Source: a virus
Virus record (IMG/VR): IMGVR_UViG_3300023179_000029
Coordinates: 1 to 64,000 of that record
Reading direction: 5' to 3' (one strand)
Length of the DNA: 64,000 nucleotides
This document shows positions 1 to 10,147 of this stretch, in pieces. Under the pieces are notes generated by a model. That model saw nothing but the letters and a program-made list of their open reading frames with translations. It was not told where the DNA came from and searched no databases. Both the position numbers and the translations under genes were made by a program. Every line of letters starts with the position of its first letter. Position 1 is the first letter of the stretch.

Positions 1-1804
1 GAGGCATCTGCTGACCGCCGCCCATGACCGAACGAACCTCGGCATCAAGATCGGGAGGAATAGGCAAGTTAGCCCTGTCAAGAGCCTTCCAAGTCTCAAC
101 CTTCGCCTGCTGCTGGTTAATAGTCTTATACATAAGTTCTTCGTTGTATTCATCAACGAGTTCACGAATATCGTACTTAACGCCAATCATAAGTTTTTGA
201 TCTGGGATTGGGAGGCCCATGGCGCGAAGGCTCTGGAAAAACTGACGCTGTGTGGCCTCGTCACGAAGGTCAAGAGTTTGGAACTCAAGATCAGGAATAA
301 GAAGCTTATGCTTGGTGACAATATGCTTATTGCCCTCTTCATCATACTCAACAACTTCTTCCATGACGGGAACGCGATGAAGTCCACGCTTTTCATACTC
401 CCAATGCTCCTGAGCCTCAGCGACAACATAAGCACGATCCATGTAATGCTTCTTAAGATAACCTTGGAAAGTCCTAAGAATCTGATTAAGGAATTCGGCC
501 TGTAGTGCTGATGATGCGTAAGGCTGCGATGATGAGCCAGCAGAAAGCAATGATGGGTTAACGCCGAAGATCTGCATGATACGGCGTTCAATGCGGTCAA
601 AGTCATCACCAAGGCGTGGCATCTGCTCACGACCAAATACATTTTCTACTTCAAGACCAAAGTGATGGACAAGAAGACGGAAATCAGATGACAGAGCGAT
701 GTCCATATCATCGCGGAAGGCGTCAAGCTCGTCTGGACCGGGAATCCATGGCCCCTGTCCATCCTGCAAGTCCATAATACCTAGACGAGCAAGAATAAGT
801 GGCGAATAAAGACGCTCGGCAATAGCGTCTTGAGACGCAAGGAGCTTCTCTTCGTGAATAAGAGTACGAAGGCCGCGAAGAAGGATTGGCGTACCGTGAT
901 CATCCCAATCAGTCAAAGTATTGGCGACCTGCTTAAGAAGAACATCAGAAATTGGAATATGTTCATTACGACGAAGGTAAGGAATAAGCTCAGGATAATT
1001 CATCTCAAGCTGTGCGAATTCCTTAGCAGGCGACTTAGTTTGCGCAAGCTTTTTAAGGTAATCGGGTGGAACAATCTTCATCTGGCGAGAGCCAAGAAGA
1101 GGGAAGTTTTCAATAACTACATCTTCGGGATTAAGTAACTCTTCGCGCTCCCAAATACCAAGATCCTCATCAAAAGAACCAAGAGGAAAGGCTTCGCCTA
1201 CAGTCCAATATTCACGCCCAAGGGACACAAGGAATTCTGGGTAATCAAGCTGATCAAGAAATAGATCTTCGTAAAAACGTTCAAGTTTTTTATCCTTACA
1301 ATCAAGTTCCATACCGACAAGTGGGAAACGGGTAAAAATGTCAATAAGAATAGGAACAAGATAATGAGTTGCATAAAATAGGCGAAGCCACTTATGAAGC
1401 TTATGCCTATGACCTTCATCAGCAATATTCCAAGGAAGGCCATTGAGATCCCAGAATTCAAGTGGATCATAAAAACGAGGGATTGCAGAATAAACGTCTC
1501 CGCCTGCGCCACCAGATGCGGTTACTCGCTTGCTTAGACGACGGCTATCTCCCATAGCGCGAATAAGTTCATTATTGCGCTCAATTTCAGATACGGTTTG
1601 AGAAACCTGAGTTTTGCCGATTCGTCCGCGAGACTGACCATAAGCGGCATCACCAACGGCGCTTTTAAGTGGACCACCGGGAGCGGTAGCCATTTCATGC
1701 ATGGTGGCCGCAGCTAATTGAGCGCGGGCAGGATTTTTAGGAAGCGCTACGCCTCGTTTCTTAAGATTCTCAACCTGCGCGTTTAACTTATCTGTATTAC
1801 TCAT
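1..1804 (-). CDS. Portal protein (3'-truncated by window edge; absent from the ORF track)
   Basis: Hand translation from ATG at 1804 is open to position 1 (MSNTDKLNAQ...WLRLFYATHYLVPILIDIFTRFP...GTPILLRGLRTLIHEEKLLASQDAIAERLYSPLILARLG...DFRLLVHHFGL). Motifs and position near terL resemble Bxz1-like portals. Confidence 0.8.
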   Translation of the reverse strand, partial: MSNTDKLNAQVENLKKRGVALPKNPARAQLAAATMHEMATAPGGPLKSAVGDAAYGQSRGRIGKTQVSQTVSEIERNNELIRAMGDSRRLSKRVTASGGAGGDVYSAIPRFYDPLEFWDLNGLPWNIADEGHRHKLHKWLRLFYATHYLVPILIDIFTRFPLVGMELDCKDKKLERFYEDLFLDQLDYPEFLVSLGREYWTVGEAFPLGSFDEDLGIWEREELLNPEDVVIENFPLLGSRQMKIVPPDYLKKLAQTKSPAKEFAQLEMNYPELIPYLRRNEHIPISDVLLKQVANTLTDWDDHGTPILLRGLRTLIHEEKLLASQDAIAERLYSPLILARLGIMDLQDGQGPWIPGPDELDAFRDDMDIALSSDFRLLVHHFGLEVENVFGREQMPRLGDDFDRIERRIMQIFGVNPSLLSAGSSSQPYASSALQAEFLNQILRTFQGYLKKHYMDRAYVVAEAQEHWEYEKRGLHRVPVMEEVVEYDEEGNKHIVTKHKLLIPDLEFQTLDLRDEATQRQFFQSLRAMGLPIPDQKLMIGVKYDIRELVDEYNEELMYKTINQQQAKVETWKALDRANLPIPPDLDAEVRSVMGGGQQMP

Positions 1805-1878
1805 TAATTATTAAGGGCTTGTAATTGCCCTTCTTCCTGTTCTTAGAGTAGCAGGTTTTAATACTAAATGCAAGAAGA

Positions 1879-3288
1879 CTATCGAAGGTAGTGAGCCGCG
1901 TCTTTAACGCCCTTGGATTCCCAATAGGTAACAAATCCATTAACTTTGTCTGCCCACTCCCGAGCGTGCTCCGGTCCATTATGAGCGTTATGCCAATTAT
2001 TTAGCTCTGCAACATTTAAATTAAAACTTGGGTCATTGGTTGCATCCGTAATATAATTAATTGCATCTCCTACTGCTCCTACGCCTTGACCAACTAAACC
2101 ATCGCCACCGGGATTTAATTCATTGAGAGCATTACCTACAAATCCAGATCCAGCGGGATTAATTTCATTCCAAATGTGAGGGGCTGCGTGAATTGCATCT
2201 GGAACCACTTGCATCATATCATGCAAAAATCCTGCCTCTTTTTGACTTTCGTGATCAGTAGTACCGAATTCTTTTTCATCTGGTTTGTCAAAAGAACTAT
2301 CGTTAATTAGATAACGGACGCGAGTGCGACCAGCAGACATGTAACCATGATTGCACTTGCCCTCTGGATGAGTTTCGCATCCTTCCGGACAATCAGTTTG
2401 CTTTAAAAGGTCTTTAGCGGCAGCTTCATCGCCTGATGCTAGTGCAGCAAAAACTGCTTGAGCCGCCTTGGGGGAAGGTTTATCCCCTTGAGAGGCAATT
2501 TTAGCAGTAATTTGTGTCTGACCGCTTCCACCAAGCAAAGTGGGGTCTTCTTGACCAAAAAAATTTATTCCTAATATAATTTGATCAACATCTTCTAATC
2601 CGATTTCGCCCTTTGACCATTTATCAAAAACTGGTTTAATGTAATTTTGTATTTGGCTAATTATGCCAACGTCAAACCCACCTTTTGCGGCTTGACCTGC
2701 GGCTTGACCTGCGGCACGAAGAACTTGAAATAAACTTCTAGCCACAGTTTGAGCAAACTCCGGATATTGGGCATACAAACCTACAATCTCATTAATGAAA
2801 TTACTATTTTTGATAGCGGCTTCTTTTTTAGAATGGCCATCACACTTTTCACAAGAACCGGGAGCGCAAGGCTTGGTGCCGGGAACGCGCTTGTAACCAT
2901 CCCAACACTGACATTTTTTCTTGCTTTCAAATGTATTGTTACTTTGTGGTACTTGAAGTTGTTCTGGAGAGCAATGTTCGCAACCTAGATTATTGCAATA
3001 AGGGCAATTAGGATTTTGAAAATCTGGAGAGCAGTACTCGCAACCTTGGCCATGGCAATAAGGGCAGTTAGGATCTCCGGGTGGAGGAGGCGGAGCAGCG
3101 GCAGGAGCGGGTAGCATTTCCCTTGGCTCGGGGGCAGGGCGGAAATGCTGATCCTCAGGAGTATAAGGATCAAGATCGGCGCGGCCAACTTGAAGGCCAG
3201 AGTCTGCTACTTTAGGAAGAAAAGGCAAACCCTCATAACGGGCAATGGCTTTTTCAATACTGTAATCATCTTCGGCAAAATGCTGCAT
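1879..3288 (-). CDS. Mosaic putative head/internal virion protein with several small Cys-rich modules
   Basis: 469 aa; tandem PNCPYCxxxGCExCSP repeats, CWDGYKRVPGTKPCAPGSC and CPEGCETHPEGKCNHG modules; lies between terL and portal. Confidence 0.5.
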   Translation of the reverse strand: MQHFAEDDYSIEKAIARYEGLPFLPKVADSGLQVGRADLDPYTPEDQHFRPAPEPREMLPAPAAAPPPPPGDPNCPYCHGQGCEYCSPDFQNPNCPYCNNLGCEHCSPEQLQVPQSNNTFESKKKCQCWDGYKRVPGTKPCAPGSCEKCDGHSKKEAAIKNSNFINEIVGLYAQYPEFAQTVARSLFQVLRAAGQAAGQAAKGGFDVGIISQIQNYIKPVFDKWSKGEIGLEDVDQIILGINFFGQEDPTLLGGSGQTQITAKIASQGDKPSPKAAQAVFAALASGDEAAAKDLLKQTDCPEGCETHPEGKCNHGYMSAGRTRVRYLINDSSFDKPDEKEFGTTDHESQKEAGFLHDMMQVVPDAIHAAPHIWNEINPAGSGFVGNALNELNPGGDGLVGQGVGAVGDAINYITDATNDPSFNLNVAELNNWHNAHNGPEHAREWADKVNGFVTYWESKGVKDAAHYLR

Positions 3289-3333
3289 GATTACCTACCT
3301 TTAATGCAAGTGCAATCTCCGCCGCAAGGACAA

Positions 3334-5793
3334 TTACTGCCAGTCATCTGGATTTTCCTCAATGTCTCTAAGCAAATCCTTAATTTCATCGTCGTCTGGT
3401 GAATCTACGAATTCAAATGGATCGGTGTCTTCAATGTCTTTAAAATCTTCGTCAATATCAAGGTCAACATCTTCATCACCTTCATCAACAACCTTTACGC
3501 GGTCGCCCTCTTTGTCTTCGCGCTCAATGATTCGCTCAACATCTTCTGGAGTTTCCTCAACGATTACTTCTTCTTCGACTGGCTCTTCAAGAGGCTCTTC
3601 AACAAGATCCTCAACAGAAGGCTCATCAACTGCTGGTTCATCAATAGGAGCGTCTTGACGTTCGCCAATTACATCATCTCCTTCTGCTGGTGCAGGAACG
3701 TCTTGAACGAACTGCTTCCAAAGTGAGCGAATAACAGGGCTTTCTTTAAGTAATTCTGGATCATCTAGCATTTCGATGCCATGATCGGCAAGCCAATTGC
3801 GGAACAATGAATCTTCACTGTACCAAGCAGCTAAAGCTTTGCGAGTTACAGGATCAGCTTGCCCTTTGTCGGGAAAAGTTTCGGCAGCTTTGGTGGGCTG
3901 CTCAATGTTGCGAGTGCCTTCAAATCCAGCCTCATCTTTTTTTGCAGTAGGAAGCTGCTCGCGCTCCCAAACATTATTATCATGCTCCCATGGATCATCA
4001 TTCTGGTAATCAGGCTTCTGCTTGATATCCATCTGACGAGAAGGAACGGGGGAGTTTTCACCTTCAGTGTCAATAGGCTCTAGGTTGCCGTCTGCATTAG
4101 TAGCGTTGGGAACCCACTTTTTCTTGTCAATCTTTGGAGAAGGTCCGCCAAGAGCAGATTCATCACCGGTTGGAAGCTTTTCGCGTTTTTCTGTCTTGTC
4201 ACCGGTATCGACTTCGGCAGCATGTTTAAGTTGAAGCGCTCTAGCCATAGCGGGAGTCACTGAAGTTTGTTTACGAGGCGCGGCAAATGGATCCTCATAA
4301 CCAAACTCAAATTCGTCATCAAGTGTAGGTTCAGGAGCGGCTGGTGTCTGGGGCTGAGGTTGAGGTTGTTGCTGTTGCTGTCCCACGCCAAAAAAATCTT
4401 TTGCCCTATCAACTAAACCGGGCTTTTGCGGAGGTACGAGATCTTGAGGCGTCAGACCAAAAGAACCGTCATGAGGCGCGGCAAATGGATCGTCATAATC
4501 AAACTCATCATCAAGTGTAGGATCGCTGATTGGAGGGACGCCAAGGGCCTCTCTAAATTTATTATATTCTTCAATTGGATTGATCTCAGGGCCGCCGGGA
4601 CGAGGAATAAATTTACGAGTAGCATAACTTGCAAAAGTTCCGTCGCATTCCGGAGAACAACGGTCGCCTTCTACCAACCCAGTCCCTTTATACATTATAC
4701 AATCTGGGCAAATATTTTCAATAACGGCTTTTTCCATAGTTTCTTTATTCAAATTTCTTAGGGCTTTTGTTCCTCCCCAAATGGCCTTACCAATATCGCC
4801 AAATATTCCGGCTTTCTTTTCAAGATTCTCAAGATCATTAAGTTCATTAGCGCGAGCATAAGCGTCTTCCTGAGAATCAAATGGGCCAGCAGCCTCTTCT
4901 CCCTTGTCCTCTACAACAACAAACTTATCGCCCTTCTTCTCTACTGTATGAGCAGCGGCTTCCTTGCCAGTTCCAACGGCGCTAGGGGCCTGCTCAAGAG
5001 CGGTTTCAATATCTTCGCCACCGGCGGTGTAGCCGGGGCGCTCAGCTAAAGGGACAGGATTGGCAATTGGCTGTGAATTAATTTCAGCAGTCTTATTTCT
5101 AAGATTGCCGCCGTCCTCTTGATCCTCATCTTGAATCTGCTTTTTAAGCCAAGGATTAACCTGCGAATGCTCTTCTGCAAGCTGAACTTCATCCTGAGCC
5201 TTGAGATGCTCTGGGCGATCTGAGGCAAACTTAGAGGGTTGATCTGAATCTCCGCTGCATTGTGCGCAACCATGTCCGCCACAGTTTTGGCATATGGATT
5301 GATCGCCATTAGGCGTTAAATCATAGAAAGTCTTAATAGCCTTGATAACGCTTTCTACGGGATGCTGAGTCGCGCCCTGAGGAATTGGTCCTAGTGTTGC
5401 AAGAATCTGATCCTTAACCTGATCAAGATGATATCGAGCGTTTTCTTCAGTCTCGTTCTGAGTACCATAAGTTTGAATAATATAATTTACTGCTTGATCC
5501 CAAGAATCATCTTGATTAATTAAATTACCTTCCATAGCTTCAAAGGCCATTTTGATAGACGTTGCGATCTTCTCAGCGTCTCCGCCATATTCGTAAGCTA
5601 CATCAGCAACCATGTTGTCGATATCCTGCTCAACAAGAGCTAGGCGGCTCTCAAATTCCTTCTTGCTTGAAGCTTGGCGAAGGAATCCAGCAAATTTGTC
5701 GTTAAAACGCTTGTTGGCAACAGCAATAGCCTGACGAGTAGCGACCTTATCGCCCTCATCAAACATTTCAAGTTCTTCAAAAATTCCGCTCAT
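3334..5793 (-). CDS. Large acidic mosaic putative head/internal protein
   Basis: 819 aa, very D/E/P-rich, with recurring K-x-A motifs and an internal PTLDDEF..DPFAAP duplication; good RBS. Confidence 0.5.
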   Translation of the reverse strand: MSGIFEELEMFDEGDKVATRQAIAVANKRFNDKFAGFLRQASSKKEFESRLALVEQDIDNMVADVAYEYGGDAEKIATSIKMAFEAMEGNLINQDDSWDQAVNYIIQTYGTQNETEENARYHLDQVKDQILATLGPIPQGATQHPVESVIKAIKTFYDLTPNGDQSICQNCGGHGCAQCSGDSDQPSKFASDRPEHLKAQDEVQLAEEHSQVNPWLKKQIQDEDQEDGGNLRNKTAEINSQPIANPVPLAERPGYTAGGEDIETALEQAPSAVGTGKEAAAHTVEKKGDKFVVVEDKGEEAAGPFDSQEDAYARANELNDLENLEKKAGIFGDIGKAIWGGTKALRNLNKETMEKAVIENICPDCIMYKGTGLVEGDRCSPECDGTFASYATRKFIPRPGGPEINPIEEYNKFREALGVPPISDPTLDDEFDYDDPFAAPHDGSFGLTPQDLVPPQKPGLVDRAKDFFGVGQQQQQPQPQPQTPAAPEPTLDDEFEFGYEDPFAAPRKQTSVTPAMARALQLKHAAEVDTGDKTEKREKLPTGDESALGGPSPKIDKKKWVPNATNADGNLEPIDTEGENSPVPSRQMDIKQKPDYQNDDPWEHDNNVWEREQLPTAKKDEAGFEGTRNIEQPTKAAETFPDKGQADPVTRKALAAWYSEDSLFRNWLADHGIEMLDDPELLKESPVIRSLWKQFVQDVPAPAEGDDVIGERQDAPIDEPAVDEPSVEDLVEEPLEEPVEEEVIVEETPEDVERIIEREDKEGDRVKVVDEGDEDVDLDIDEDFKDIEDTDPFEFVDSPDDDEIKDLLRDIEENPDDWQ

Positions 5794-5807
5794 GGGATTC
5801 CTTATCC

Positions 5808-6755
5808 TTAGATAAAGAGGGAATCATCGCCAATTGAATCATAATCTACGGATTCAGTGGCTGAAGCCTCTTTATGCATTTCTTCTTTGACATCTGCAAG
5901 AGAGGCACGACGCTGCTCTTCAACGCGGGCAAGCCATACCTTCTCGTACTTCTCGCGTACATCATCATCGGCTGCCGCTGTCTTAGAGCGGATCCAAGTG
6001 GAAGCGAGCGCCCGAACTGTACCTGAGTCAGCAAGTGTCTCGCGGTCAAGTCCAGCGGTGAAAGCCTCAGGGCCTTCATCCATAAGTTTTATGTAATCAG
6101 TGTTGTTGGCTTCTACAATCATTTCATTGATTGATTGATCTAGCCAAGTTGCCTCGCGACCACCAGTTGGACCGCCCTGTTCAACAACCTGTACCTTAAA
6201 TGGTGCGACAGGGGCTTCGTAAGCTGCAACGTGTCCCTCTTCAAGAGCGCGAACAACATCCTTAATTTCTTCAAGCTCGTAATTAGCCTGAGTGATGACG
6301 TTACCTACGCGGGCAAGGTCTTCGTCAGAAAGACCGGCATCGATGAATAGTGAAGCCTCAACCTTGATCTTGTCAAGTTCGCGAGCGCGGTTTTCAATAG
6401 TCTCAGCATCGTATACTGAAACTGAAGTTGCAACCTTATCCTCAAGCTCCTTGATCTCGTCAGTTTCTTCTTCATCCTCTTCCTTGGAGAATGTAAGCTT
6501 GCTGACCGGAAGAGAGGCAACGCGACCATTCTCAAAACGAATGGTAACCTCATCTTCCCAAAGACCTGCTACGCGGCCAAGGACCTTGCCCTTGAGGCCG
6601 TTAGGTGTTACAACATGAGTGGCGCCCTCTGCTGATGCTAGATGGGCGGCCTCTTCTTCTACAAACTCTCCCTCTGGTACAGAGGCGACAATCTTTCCAT
6701 CTTGGAAGGTGTAAACCTTGCCATTTTTGAAAATATAGGTGGGTTCTGAGTTCAT
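5808..6755 (-). CDS. Acidic coiled-coil protein, head module (scaffold-like?)
   Basis: 315 aa ORF directly downstream of terL; acidic and helical. Confidence 0.45.
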   Translation of the reverse strand: MNSEPTYIFKNGKVYTFQDGKIVASVPEGEFVEEEAAHLASAEGATHVVTPNGLKGKVLGRVAGLWEDEVTIRFENGRVASLPVSKLTFSKEEDEEETDEIKELEDKVATSVSVYDAETIENRARELDKIKVEASLFIDAGLSDEDLARVGNVITQANYELEEIKDVVRALEEGHVAAYEAPVAPFKVQVVEQGGPTGGREATWLDQSINEMIVEANNTDYIKLMDEGPEAFTAGLDRETLADSGTVRALASTWIRSKTAAADDDVREKYEKVWLARVEEQRRASLADVKEEMHKEASATESVDYDSIGDDSLFI

Positions 6756-6795
6756 CTCAATGATTACAATGTTGCTTTATAAGTTTTTCTAGTTA

Positions 6796-8847
6796 TTATC
6801 TGTTAGGAAGTCTACGAGAAACTGGTCTACCGCCAACAAGCCTTCTAGTTGGAGATGTCGGGTTTTGTTTACGTCCCATAGTTCCAGAAAAATATTGGTC
6901 GCCTTGACGCCTGCCATAGAAATGTGAAATTTCATTAGGCGTGGCGCTATCTCTACCTCCCATAGCGTATCCGCCGGGAGAACCCATACGCACACCTTCA
7001 TTTAAATCAACCCTTGTTTGCTTGGCCATAGAGTCTCCAATACAAGCCTCTACGACTTCCATCATAGCATCTGCGATATCTTTTGTCTGAATTGGACCAA
7101 CCTCCTGTTTTTCCACTCTTGGTACTTTAGCAGATTTAATTTCTTGAAGGAATTTAAGTTCAAGACTTGCATATTGACAATCGGCTTCATCAAATGGGGC
7201 ATGCACTTTATTTTGATTAATAGCAGTTTTAAAAATTTCTGCTCTATGCCAATTACCTAATGAAGTGGCCGTTTTCTCAAACACTCTAGTATTAATACCT
7301 TTATTACGCAAAGTTTTACGAAGATAGGAAATTGGCCAAGAACTCTGATGTTGATCCATTGTTAATTGTACCGGATGAAAAATTCCGCAAAGCATGATAA
7401 TTTCTTCAAGAATCGGTTCCCAATCAATTGTTCCGTCCTCAAAGTCTGCCGGATTCCACCTTTGGATGATGTCGAATATGACATGCTCTTCTTCTTTGTC
7501 ATCAATTTTAAACATTTCTGTATGACCAAGGGCAAACCCAAATCCTGCGGTAGTTGAAGATGGATCAAGATGAGCGTAATATTGATACATATATGTTCCG
7601 TTGGTACGATTAGTTTCAAGAGGTTCATAAACTAAACCTTCGTCGTTTTGACCAATTGGTACACCCTTAAACATACGATCAACTTTGGCGGCGTCAAGAT
7701 ACGAGTCAATAACTTCAGCGAAGTTTGCGCGTCTCTCGACTTTAAACTTCTCAGGATCTTGGCGTTCATCTTCTCGCATCTGAATAATGGCTTGGCGATC
7801 CTCATTTGTATAAAAGAATTCATCAGAGCCGGGCTTGCGAAGATTGGCATCCCAATCGGGAGATACTGTAACGCATTTTTTAGGACCAATATAAAGAGGG
7901 TCTTCCCACCAACCATCAAACAAAGCCCAAGAAGGCAACTTGATGCCTAAAGTCATTGGAGATACAGGGTTGCCGTTATCCATCTCCATGGCATTCTCAT
8001 AACGCTCATAAAACTTACCAACCTTTGAATAAGGCGACGAGTTAGCAAAAATCATGCCCGCCGTGCCAAACTGAGCGAGAGCAGGAATGGCGGCTGCGTA
8101 TACTTCGTTATCAGATTGATCAGAGTCGCCCTGCATGAAGTGGGCAAATTCGTCGAATGCAAAAACCATAGTGGCAGAACCACGAATGGTACGGGAGTTA
8201 GCTGGAAGGGCCTTACCACGGATTGTAGCGGTGTCTCGCATGACCTTACGACCCTGTCTCTTCCAACTAGCGATTTTACGAAGGTCTGCCTCGGTATAAA
8301 GACTGAATTCAAGCTCCTGCATTTTGTTAATATAACGCTGCATAGACATGCAAGAGTTGACCATGCCAGAAACGTCAGCATACTGCTGGTCTTTGGCCTG
8401 ATCCTGAGCGGCGGCGATTACAGAGAAATAAATTTCTTTGTCTGCGTCAATACCATAATAAGCATTTGGATCTTGAAGCTGGAGCGTGTCATAGATCTTT
8501 TTAGCAATAGAAAGTCCGGTGATAAAACCCTTTGAGCAACGGCGGCCTCCAACTAAAACGACTTCACGAAAATGTTCATACCCATTATCTTTACACCATT
8601 GAATACGTTCACGAATATTAGGAGAAATCTCGATGTTATCTCCGGGGCCGCCGCCTTCAATCCATGAATCAAGGATGCGCTCTTCTTGCTCTGTTAAATC
8701 CTCAAGAAAGAACAGTTTGAGAAGAAGGCGCTGTCTTGGGTATAAAATTCTTCCGCAGAATTCTTTGCTTTCGGCAAATTCTACAATGCCAACTTTTCTG
8801 CGATTGAAATTAGCTTCTAGCTGTCCTAAAAGGTCTAATTCGCTCAT
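6796..8847 (-). CDS. terL: Terminase large subunit
   Basis: LYPRQ adenine-binding motif, VGGRRCSKG Walker A-like, FAFDEFAHF Walker B, SSPY coupling motif, HLDPS RNase H-fold nuclease motif, KDIADA. Confidence 0.9.
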   Translation of the reverse strand: MSELDLLGQLEANFNRRKVGIVEFAESKEFCGRILYPRQRLLLKLFFLEDLTEQEERILDSWIEGGGPGDNIEISPNIRERIQWCKDNGYEHFREVVLVGGRRCSKGFITGLSIAKKIYDTLQLQDPNAYYGIDADKEIYFSVIAAAQDQAKDQQYADVSGMVNSCMSMQRYINKMQELEFSLYTEADLRKIASWKRQGRKVMRDTATIRGKALPANSRTIRGSATMVFAFDEFAHFMQGDSDQSDNEVYAAAIPALAQFGTAGMIFANSSPYSKVGKFYERYENAMEMDNGNPVSPMTLGIKLPSWALFDGWWEDPLYIGPKKCVTVSPDWDANLRKPGSDEFFYTNEDRQAIIQMREDERQDPEKFKVERRANFAEVIDSYLDAAKVDRMFKGVPIGQNDEGLVYEPLETNRTNGTYMYQYYAHLDPSSTTAGFGFALGHTEMFKIDDKEEEHVIFDIIQRWNPADFEDGTIDWEPILEEIIMLCGIFHPVQLTMDQHQSSWPISYLRKTLRNKGINTRVFEKTATSLGNWHRAEIFKTAINQNKVHAPFDEADCQYASLELKFLQEIKSAKVPRVEKQEVGPIQTKDIADAMMEVVEACIGDSMAKQTRVDLNEGVRMGSPGGYAMGGRDSATPNEISHFYGRRQGDQYFSGTMGRKQNPTSPTRRLVGGRPVSRRLPNR

Positions 8848-9230
8848 CCATTAGACTTTTCTTTTTGGCCAAGGTAAGCTTCGCCTTTTTTGTTGGCCTG
8901 CTGGACTTCCCAGTATTTGCGTTCATGGTCAAATCCATCCTTATGGAAAGAGTGTCCGGAGACCTTACCAACAATTTCTACAATTGGCGGCTCGCCATGA
9001 AAACATGGAGTGGGGTCCAGAGTAGCAAGAATTCCCATTTGTTCCGCAAGCTTAGTAACAACTTCATCCCTAAGTTGATCTAAAACTTCGGGGGTATTTG
9101 GCCTTTGAGCGTATTTGCGCTGAAGAGAGCCAATAATTTTACCAACTTCGCCAACTTCAATATCTGTTAAATCTTGAGCAAATCCTGCTAATTGCTCCGT
9201 GCTTTTAATAATATCATCCGTTTGTGACAT
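8844..9230 (-). CDS. Hypothetical protein translationally coupled to terL
   Basis: 128 aa; ATGA overlap with the terL start. Confidence 0.7.
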   Translation of the reverse strand: MSQTDDIIKSTEQLAGFAQDLTDIEVGEVGKIIGSLQRKYAQRPNTPEVLDQLRDEVVTKLAEQMGILATLDPTPCFHGEPPIVEIVGKVSGHSFHKDGFDHERKYWEVQQANKKGEAYLGQKEKSNG

Positions 9231-9240
9231 AATTATCCTT

Positions 9241-10146
9241 TTATACGTGACTTGTAATATAAATTGGTGTTACACTAATTGACATATTATCAATCGTTGG
9301 TACAGTTCCAGTAATCGTTGCAGCTTTGCTGTAAAGAGAATAAGTATTGTTAGAACTACTGTCAACGCTGACAATACGGGATTGCGCAAGATGCCTGTAA
9401 CCGGTAACCGTTGTGGTTGCAGTGGCGTATGTTCCAGAAGGAATGATTGAAGTTGTATCTGCGGCTAGATTGATAGTGTTTGCTCCGGAAGAGCCGGTTC
9501 CTGTGTTTGTTTCGGCAGAAAACGCTAAAAGATAAGCTCCGACATATGGCAAAGTCACGGTTGTTCCAGAAATTAAAGTGTAAGCAGAAGTTGAAGCAAT
9601 ATTTTGAGAAGTAAAGTTAACTACTGTTAATGGAGCACCGCCACTAAAATACCATTTAGTATCAGTACTTGAATATCTAAAGGACCAAAATGTTGAAAAA
9701 TTAAGAACACTCGCTCCAGTAGTATTATTTGAACTTGTTACGGTGGTCCAAAATTGTTTATTTTCCGTCCCTGTTGGCAGACTAGCGCTTGAAGCCTGAT
9801 ATGCAGGAAGAACCGTTGCATCAACTTTATCAGAAGTAACTGCATTATTAGCTAAAGTCCTTGTAATGACAGAGCTATTTGCAAGTTTGGCAGAAGTGAC
9901 ACCATTTGTATATCCGGGACTAGTGCTATTTTCTAATTTTGCGGTTGTAATATTAGAATCTGCAATTTTTACTGTAGTTACTGCATTAGTGGCTAAACCA
10001 GTGCTAGTAATTTGATTACCGCCACTTCCGCTACCTGAATGATCATGGTTTGCAATTTTTGTAAAATTAGAAGCGATTTCAGTATAAATAAATTGATCAG
10101 TTGGGCTATCCCATACAGTCAATTGCATTGGATTATTAGTATTCAT
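9241..10146 (-). CDS. Fibre/minor virion protein, paralog 3
   Basis: N-terminal MQLTVWD..NF.KI..HDH motif, AVTT.KLA repeats, W.F.GG beta-rich C-domain ending VTPIY. Confidence 0.65.
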   Translation of the reverse strand: MNTNNPMQLTVWDSPTDQFIYTEIASNFTKIANHDHSGSGSGGNQITSTGLATNAVTTVKIADSNITTAKLENSTSPGYTNGVTSAKLANSSVITRTLANNAVTSDKVDATVLPAYQASSASLPTGTENKQFWTTVTSSNNTTGASVLNFSTFWSFRYSSTDTKWYFSGGAPLTVVNFTSQNIASTSAYTLISGTTVTLPYVGAYLLAFSAETNTGTGSSGANTINLAADTTSIIPSGTYATATTTVTGYRHLAQSRIVSVDSSSNNTYSLYSKAATITGTVPTIDNMSISVTPIYITSHV

Positions 10147-10147
10147 T

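Noticed and set aside
187-1512. Short ORFs listed in the ORF track
   Set aside because: Shadow frames of the portal gene; the same applies to most short antisense or overlapping ORFs elsewhere.
2687-2715. 12-bp tandem repeat GCGGCTTGACCT
   Set aside because: Short in-frame AAGQ coding repeat with no evident further function.
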